Below the pieces are notes generated by a model, which was not told the origin of the DNA, ran no database searches, and saw nothing but the letters and a program-made list of their open reading frames with translations. DNA of 47,377 bases from an uncultured Gammaproteobacteria bacterium (lineage in GTDB: Bacteria; Patescibacteriota; Patescibacteriia; Patescibacteriales; UBA12465). The stretch is from contig CAYUWA010000005.1 of the NCBI GenBank assembly GCA_964448505.1, positions 2,726-50,102 of the forward strand. The letters run 5' to 3'. Position numbers and translations under genes: made by a program. How positions within the stretch are numbered: the first letter of the stretch is position 1; every line of letters starts with the position of its first letter. This document shows positions 42,295 to 47,377 of the stretch, in pieces.

Positions 42295-43515
42295 ATGAGT
42301 ATCTTTAATGATAATTTAGAACGCTTGAAAGAAATACAAAGTTTAGAAGGAATTTCCGATGCGCAAATGAGTAAATTATTAAGTCCGGTCCAATCTAATT
42401 ATTCCGAACTTAAAATTGGTGATAAGATTTATCCGGCCTGGCGAATCATTTTTAATCGCGCTCTCGGTCCGGGAAAAGGAGGAATCAGATTTCATCCCGA
42501 TGTTAGCGAGGATGAAGTAAAATCCCTGGCTTTCTGGATGGCGCTTAAGAACTCGTTAGCCGATATTCCTTATGGAGGAGCCAAGGGCGGAGTAAAATTT
42601 AATCCGAAAGAAACAAGTTTGGCAGATCTTCAGGAAATAAGCCGTAAATATATTCAAGCATTTGGCGACTTTCTAGGGCAAGATAAAGATATACCGGCGC
42701 CAGACGTCTATACCAATGGCCAAATTATGTCTTGGATGCTTGATGAGTTTGAAAAGAAGGTCGGTCATCATGAGCCGGGAATGATTACCGGTAAACCGGT
42801 TGAGCTTGGTGGAATAGCCATGCGCGGCGATGCAACCGCTCAAGGAGGTTATATTGTTACTAAAGAATTAGCCGCCAAGTTTTTATCTGAGAAAAAACAG
42901 ATTAGAGTTGTTGTTCAGGGTTTTGGTAATGCCGGATTATTTATGACTGAGAAATTATTTGATGACGGATTTAAAATAATCGCCGTTTCCGATAGTCAGG
43001 GCGGAATTTATAAGGAAGAAGGATTAAATATCAAAGAGCTAATTGATTTTAAAAATTCCGGGCAGGCCGTTGGAAATTATACGGACGGTACTAAGATAAG
43101 TAATCAAGAATTATTGGAGCTTGATACAGATATTTTAGTTTTAGCGGCGCTTGAGAATCAAATTACCAAAGATAACGCCGACAAGATTAAGGCAGGGTTT
43201 TTAGTTGAGCTAGCCAATGGTCCGATTACCTTTGATGCCGATAAAATATTGGCAGAAAAAAAGAAAATAGTTGTTCCGGATATTCTCGCCAATTCCGGCG
43301 GGGTTATTGTCAGTTATTTTGAATGGGCACAAAACAGGACTGGACAAATTCTAGACGATGAGTATCTTCGTAATTTATTGGAGAAAAAAATGAGAGTAAA
43401 TTGGCAGAGAGTTTATTCTAAATACGAAGAAAAAAATAAGGGAATAACTTTGCGCCAAGCCGCGTATGCTCTGGCGATTTCAAGAATATTAGCGGCGGAA
43501 AAATATAGAGGATAA
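42295..43515 (+). CDS. Glu/Leu/Phe/Val dehydrogenase family protein, probably glutamate dehydrogenase
   Basis: GPGKGGIRFHP, IPYGGAKGG, NAD(P) fold VVQGFGNAGL, ANSGGVIVSYFEW. Confidence 0.9.
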   Translation: MSIFNDNLERLKEIQSLEGISDAQMSKLLSPVQSNYSELKIGDKIYPAWRIIFNRALGPGKGGIRFHPDVSEDEVKSLAFWMALKNSLADIPYGGAKGGVKFNPKETSLADLQEISRKYIQAFGDFLGQDKDIPAPDVYTNGQIMSWMLDEFEKKVGHHEPGMITGKPVELGGIAMRGDATAQGGYIVTKELAAKFLSEKKQIRVVVQGFGNAGLFMTEKLFDDGFKIIAVSDSQGGIYKEEGLNIKELIDFKNSGQAVGNYTDGTKISNQELLELDTDILVLAALENQITKDNADKIKAGFLVELANGPITFDADKILAEKKKIVVPDILANSGGVIVSYFEWAQNRTGQILDDEYLRNLLEKKMRVNWQRVYSKYEEKNKGITLRQAAYALAISRILAAEKYRG

Positions 43516-43528
43516 ATAATAGAACGAT

Positions 43529-43561
43529 AAAAAAAGACCTTCCTGGACGGAAGGTCTTTTT
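43529..43561. terminator. Bidirectional terminator
   Basis: gaccttcc / ggaaggtc stem flanked by A7 and T5. Confidence 0.8.
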
Positions 43562-43578
43562 GTAATTAAGTCCTTAGT

Positions 43579-44583
43579 TTAGTTGCAGGCGGCGTCGGTA
43601 GCCGTATTGGCTGTTCCTGAGCCGAAACCCGGAGCAGGGGAATCGCTTGATAAGGTTGTTGCACATTCTTTTGGTTCTTCAGAGAAGGCACCGCAGACAG
43701 TCTTTAATAAGCTAGCAGAATCACGTCCTGATTGTGCTTCAGTTCCGTTTATAACTAAAGTTGGAGAGCCGGCAACGCCATACTTTGTATTATCTTCTTT
43801 ATAAATATCAAATCCCGGGTAGCTTCCTTTGAAACCAACTTTGTTAGTAAAGTTCTCGCTTACTTTAAATTTCTTGTCGGTTGATTTAACGCAAGATTCA
43901 ACTTTTGATTTGTTTACTCCAGCTGTTTCAAGACAAGGAGCAGATTCACCGCTTACCAAGAAACATTTTAGGTAGGCATTAAGTTTAGTTGATTGGTCTT
44001 TTTGAATACAGTATTGAGCTAATTGTTCTTGTAATTCTTTTTCACCGTGCATCGCGTAGTCAACAAACTTTAACTCAAAATCAATTTTCTTGCCCAGTAA
44101 CTCAACAACCGGAAGCATTCCTTTTTCAATTTGTGTACCGTATGGGCAATGGCTCATAACGAATAACTCAACAACCGGCTTATCAGTTTTTGGAAGAACA
44201 GCTGAAGGAGCGGAATCGGTCGGGGTACCGTTAGCATCGGTTTCTACCGAAGCGCCGGTTTTAACTTCCAACGCTTGAGGAAAGAATAATTTTCCGTCCT
44301 TGGTTAAATACGATTCTACAACATCACTAACGATATCAACTTTTAATTTATAAAGACCGTATTCAGTTGTTATTTCTTTAATAGTTGCTTTTGTATCGCC
44401 TTGCATTAAGAACTTATTGATAAATTCTTCGGCTTGGGTTTTTGCTTCTGCTTTGCTCAAGTTATTGAAAGATCCTCTAAAGGAGAAATAACCGATTAAA
44501 GCTAGGGCAATAACCAAAACGATAGGGAGCAGTACCCTTACTAAGAACTTTCGTTCTTTTAATTTTTTTAGTAGTTTCTTCAT
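43579..44583 (-). CDS. Membrane-anchored secreted thioredoxin-fold (DsbA-like) protein with a monothiol CPYG motif
   Basis: N-terminal TM, a linker, then VELFVMSHCPYGTQ at the expected CxxC position. Many additional Cys in the C-terminal half. Confidence 0.7.
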   Translation of the reverse strand: MKKLLKKLKERKFLVRVLLPIVLVIALALIGYFSFRGSFNNLSKAEAKTQAEEFINKFLMQGDTKATIKEITTEYGLYKLKVDIVSDVVESYLTKDGKLFFPQALEVKTGASVETDANGTPTDSAPSAVLPKTDKPVVELFVMSHCPYGTQIEKGMLPVVELLGKKIDFELKFVDYAMHGEKELQEQLAQYCIQKDQSTKLNAYLKCFLVSGESAPCLETAGVNKSKVESCVKSTDKKFKVSENFTNKVGFKGSYPGFDIYKEDNTKYGVAGSPTLVINGTEAQSGRDSASLLKTVCGAFSEEPKECATTLSSDSPAPGFGSGTANTATDAACN

Positions 44584-44645
44584 AGTTTTAAAATATTAAT
44601 TATTTTTTTAAGATATATACATTATAGTAGAAAATAAGACGGAGG

Positions 44646-45434
44646 TCAAAATTTCGGCAAAAATGATTCAAGTTCGGTCGGCAGTTTAATCTTAAAGTCC
44701 TTCTTTTCTCCGTCCAAGGATTTAAAAGACAATTTATAGGCTACTAAAAATACACGACCCAGGTTCAGTTTTTGGTTTTTTACTTTTGTTTTTTTGGTAT
44801 TGTATAAGGGATCGCCAACGAGAGGGTACCCATAGGCAAAAAAATGGACACGGATTTGGTGAGTTCTTCCAGTCTTAATTTTAACGTCTAAATAGGTATA
44901 ATTAACAAATCTTTTAATAACTTTAAATTCAGTAATTGCCTCTTTAGAGTTAAAGACGCCGGCAATATTTCCTTGGTCGCGATTTTTTGGAGTATGGCGG
45001 GTAAGGAGCTCAAGCGAATTAAGAGGGAGGGCAGCCATTTTATAACCGTCTCTAGAGCGCTTTATCGGAAAGTTTATCTCATCGCAGTCTTTAGAAACCC
45101 TTCCGTAAACGAGAGCAAGATAGTCTTTATTTATTTCACGACTTTGAAATTGTTTCTTTAAGTCCTCAAAGCTTTCCTGGGTTAGAGCAATAACCATTAG
45201 GCCGCTCACATCTTTATCAAGACGATGAACTATTCCCGGGCGAATCGGGTCGTCGCCGACTTTTTTTATCTCCGGGTAGCGTTCTATCAGAAAATCAGCT
45301 AAAGTTTTTTCTTTTAGATTACCGCCTTCGTGGACCGCAAGGCCGGCCGGTTTATTTATCACTAAATAATTTTTATCTGCAAAAATAATTTCCGGGAAAT
45401 CATCTTTATTTTTAGAGGTTGCTAGTAGGGTCAT
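44646..45434 (-). CDS. RluA-family pseudouridine synthase (no S4 domain)
   Basis: Catalytic motif HRLDKDVSGLMV, and GRTHQIRVH. Confidence 0.9.
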   Translation of the reverse strand: MTLLATSKNKDDFPEIIFADKNYLVINKPAGLAVHEGGNLKEKTLADFLIERYPEIKKVGDDPIRPGIVHRLDKDVSGLMVIALTQESFEDLKKQFQSREINKDYLALVYGRVSKDCDEINFPIKRSRDGYKMAALPLNSLELLTRHTPKNRDQGNIAGVFNSKEAITEFKVIKRFVNYTYLDVKIKTGRTHQIRVHFFAYGYPLVGDPLYNTKKTKVKNQKLNLGRVFLVAYKLSFKSLDGEKKDFKIKLPTELESFLPKF

Positions 45435-46896
45435 AAGTTTGTGCTCCGCCTTTATTTGATTTTTTAAAAATAGATTTTAAATCTTTAGCGCTAACTCCGC
45501 CCAGAAAATAAAGGGCGACAAAATAAATCAAAGAGGCTAAGACAATTATTATTAATAAGCTTGTCAGCTTAGTTTGATACTGTTCTGGAGAAAAGTAAAG
45601 AAAGACGCCCATTAGTAATGCTGCGCCTAAGGATTTAATGGTTGTTTTTAAGTTGGGTAAAAAGCGACTGTATTTATAGACACAATAAGCGGAAAATAAA
45701 CCAATCGCGATTTCACTATATATTGTTACGCTCGCCGCACCCAAATAGGAGAACTTCGGGATAAAAATAAAATAAGCGGCGAGAGCGCTTATACTCGTAA
45801 AGATATAGAAGCCAATCAGTTTTTTTTGTTTGTCTAAAGCGATTACGGCGTGAGAGAACATTGTTCCAAGAAATATAGCGGCCACAGAAACGATAAGATA
45901 TTTCAAGATAATGCCTGACTCTATAAAATCCTGTCCGGCAATATAAACCATAATCGGTTTGGCTAAAAACTGCGCCCCGACGATTAAAGGAATGGCAATT
46001 ATGGCCATAAAATCAAAGGATTTTTGGAGAACAGTTTTAAAATAATCAGTTTTATTCTCAAGCCAAGCGGCGGTTAGAATCGGCAAGATTAACCCGGCAA
46101 ACATAAAAGGAATACTGGTTAGAACATCTATTACTTTATAAGTCGCGCCGTATAAGCCGACCGCGCTTGAGCTTTGATAAAGTGAAAGAATGAGAACATC
46201 GGCTCTTAAATAAATTAAGTTTAAAACGATAGTAATAGCAAGCGGCCAAGATTTAGAAAATATTTTTTTCCAAAGCGAGAAGCTAATTTGTAATCTAATT
46301 TTAGCGAACTTTCTAGAAAATAAGTAATGGAAAATAAAATTAATTGCGCCGGCTAATACTGTAACCACCAAAACTCCGTTTAGTCCGGTTTGGTTTCTGG
46401 CGACCAGTATTATTCCAATTAACAGAGCGACGCGGCTTATAATTTCTGCAAGCGATGCTCTATCCATACTTAAGCGTTTTTGCAGGAGCCCGATTATTAT
46501 TTGATTTAAGGCAGGAAAGATAAAAGAAAGGGAGGCAATTAAAACACCGATTTTTATGGTTTGGCTATAAGGCATAAAAAGAACAAAAATCGGGGCAAGA
46601 GAAATAAATATCAAAACCGAAACTAAGCGCAAACTAAATAAGTTGTTTAAGATTTTATTTTCCTCAACCGGATTTTTTTCACCACTTATCATCTGGACTG
46701 TTACTAAAGTTAATCCTAGGTCGGCAATAACGGCAAAAAAAGTTAAAAAAGTAGTAATGGTCGTATATTCTCCAAATCCGTCCTGCCCGAGATACCTAGT
46801 AATCATGGCCAAAGCCAAAAGACCTAAAATAGTTGAAATTATTTTACCGATTATTTGGATTAAGGTATTGTGAGCAATTTGTTTTGGTAGGCTCAT
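45412..46896 (-). CDS. MOP-superfamily oligosaccharide/polysaccharide flippase (Wzx/MurJ-like)
   Basis: About 14 predicted TM helices with the typical N-terminus NTLIQIIGKIISTILGLL. Its 3' end overlaps the pseudouridine synthase start by 23 nt. Confidence 0.8.
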   Translation of the reverse strand: MSLPKQIAHNTLIQIIGKIISTILGLLALAMITRYLGQDGFGEYTTITTFLTFFAVIADLGLTLVTVQMISGEKNPVEENKILNNLFSLRLVSVLIFISLAPIFVLFMPYSQTIKIGVLIASLSFIFPALNQIIIGLLQKRLSMDRASLAEIISRVALLIGIILVARNQTGLNGVLVVTVLAGAINFIFHYLFSRKFAKIRLQISFSLWKKIFSKSWPLAITIVLNLIYLRADVLILSLYQSSSAVGLYGATYKVIDVLTSIPFMFAGLILPILTAAWLENKTDYFKTVLQKSFDFMAIIAIPLIVGAQFLAKPIMVYIAGQDFIESGIILKYLIVSVAAIFLGTMFSHAVIALDKQKKLIGFYIFTSISALAAYFIFIPKFSYLGAASVTIYSEIAIGLFSAYCVYKYSRFLPNLKTTIKSLGAALLMGVFLYFSPEQYQTKLTSLLIIIVLASLIYFVALYFLGGVSAKDLKSIFKKSNKGGAQTYDPTSNL

Positions 46897-46960
46897 TTTT
46901 CTTGTGTTTTATCGGGGTTTTTTATATAATAATAATGCTAATTCAATTATAACATTATTT

Positions 46961-47377
46961 ATGAAAATAACTAGAAAACACATTATTTCTTTTATTATTT
47001 TGGTTTTCTGTTTAGCCTCCGTTATTTCTTTTCTCTCGGCTATATCTCCTGTTAAAGCGGCGAACGAGAATGAAGCACTTTTTAATCAGCAACAAGGACT
47101 CAGCGACATTCAACAGGTTTATGGCGGGGATAGGGCAAAACAGGACCCGCGAGAAATTATCGGCAGAATAATAAATATTGTTTTAGGGTTATTGGGGGTT
47201 ATATTTTTGGGCTTAACGGTTTTTGCCGGATTTCAATATATGACTGCCGCCGGGAACGAGGAGCAGGCGAAAAAAGCGATGGCGCTACTTAAGAATGCGG
47301 TTATTGGTTTAGTTATTGTTTTGGTTTCTTGGGCTCTTACCCTATTTATACTAACAATGACTGACGAAGCATCAAGA
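46961..47377 (+). CDS. TrbC/VirB2-like pilin-type small secreted membrane protein, 3'-truncated by the window edge (not in the ORF track)
   Basis: Hand-translated MKITRKHIISFIILVFCLASVISFLSAISPVKA (signal peptide), then IINIVLGLLGVIFLGLTVFAGFQYMTAAGNEEQAKKAMALLKNAVIGLVIVLVSWALTLFIL. This is the two-TM VirB2-like layout common in CPR genomes. Confidence 0.6.
   Translation, partial: MKITRKHIISFIILVFCLASVISFLSAISPVKAANENEALFNQQQGLSDIQQVYGGDRAKQDPREIIGRIINIVLGLLGVIFLGLTVFAGFQYMTAAGNEEQAKKAMALLKNAVIGLVIVLVSWALTLFILTMTDEASR

Noticed and set aside
1-47377. CRISPR arrays, transposases, integrases, prophage genes, restriction-modification, toxin-antitoxin or other recognisable defence systems
   Set aside because: I read through all intergenic regions and ORFs. 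There are no regularly spaced direct repeats, no DDE, tyrosine or serine recombinase motifs, and no known defence-gene signatures. The only repeat families are the short tRNA-associated elements reported above.
1-47377. Alternative genetic code (UGA recoded, as in some CPR lineages)
   Set aside because: All conserved genes are full-length under the standard code, and no in-frame TGA interrupts a conserved protein.

Overview
Low-GC, gene-dense chromosomal segment with short intergenic spacers and weak or absent Shine-Dalgarno sequences. By inference only, the gene content (short YidC, VirB2-like pilin ORF, secreted thiol-oxidoreductase, many small membrane proteins) fits a small-genome Patescibacteria/CPR (Parcubacteria-like) bacterium. 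The standard code (11) reads all long ORFs cleanly. The window spans the replication origin in the classical arrangement rpmH-rnpA-yidD-yidC (minus) | dnaA - DnaA-box/AT-rich oriC - dnaN (plus). The rest is mostly housekeeping: der, pth, dprA, topA, pheST, valS, a class A PBP, glyA-folD, recQ, gdh, trxA, a phosphohexomutase and a GT35 phosphorylase. Seven tRNA genes are present (one truncated at the window edge), and none encodes CCA. No CRISPR array, transposase, integrase, rRNA or recognisable defence system is visible. The most interesting content is a eukaryote/archaea-type wobble-uridine (xm5U34) tRNA modification set in a bacterial context. It consists of an Elp3 homologue (radical-SAM + GNAT) followed 7 nt later by a stand-alone cyanophycin-synthetase-like ATP-grasp ligase, plus a Trm9/ALKBH8-like methyltransferase about 5 kb downstream. 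Other points worth a second look: a tRNA-Ile with a UAU anticodon; a 195-nt hairpin-rich insert bracketed by a duplicated tRNA-Ala 3' end; a conserved hairpin 4 nt after two tRNAs with a compensatory base change; a compositionally atypical orphan protein that may be a circularly permuted ATP-grasp; orphan terminators in a 380-bp divergent intergenic region; and a CsoR-family repressor with a perfect palindromic operator in front of trxA-gdh. All functional calls come from motif recognition by eye. No database searches were run.
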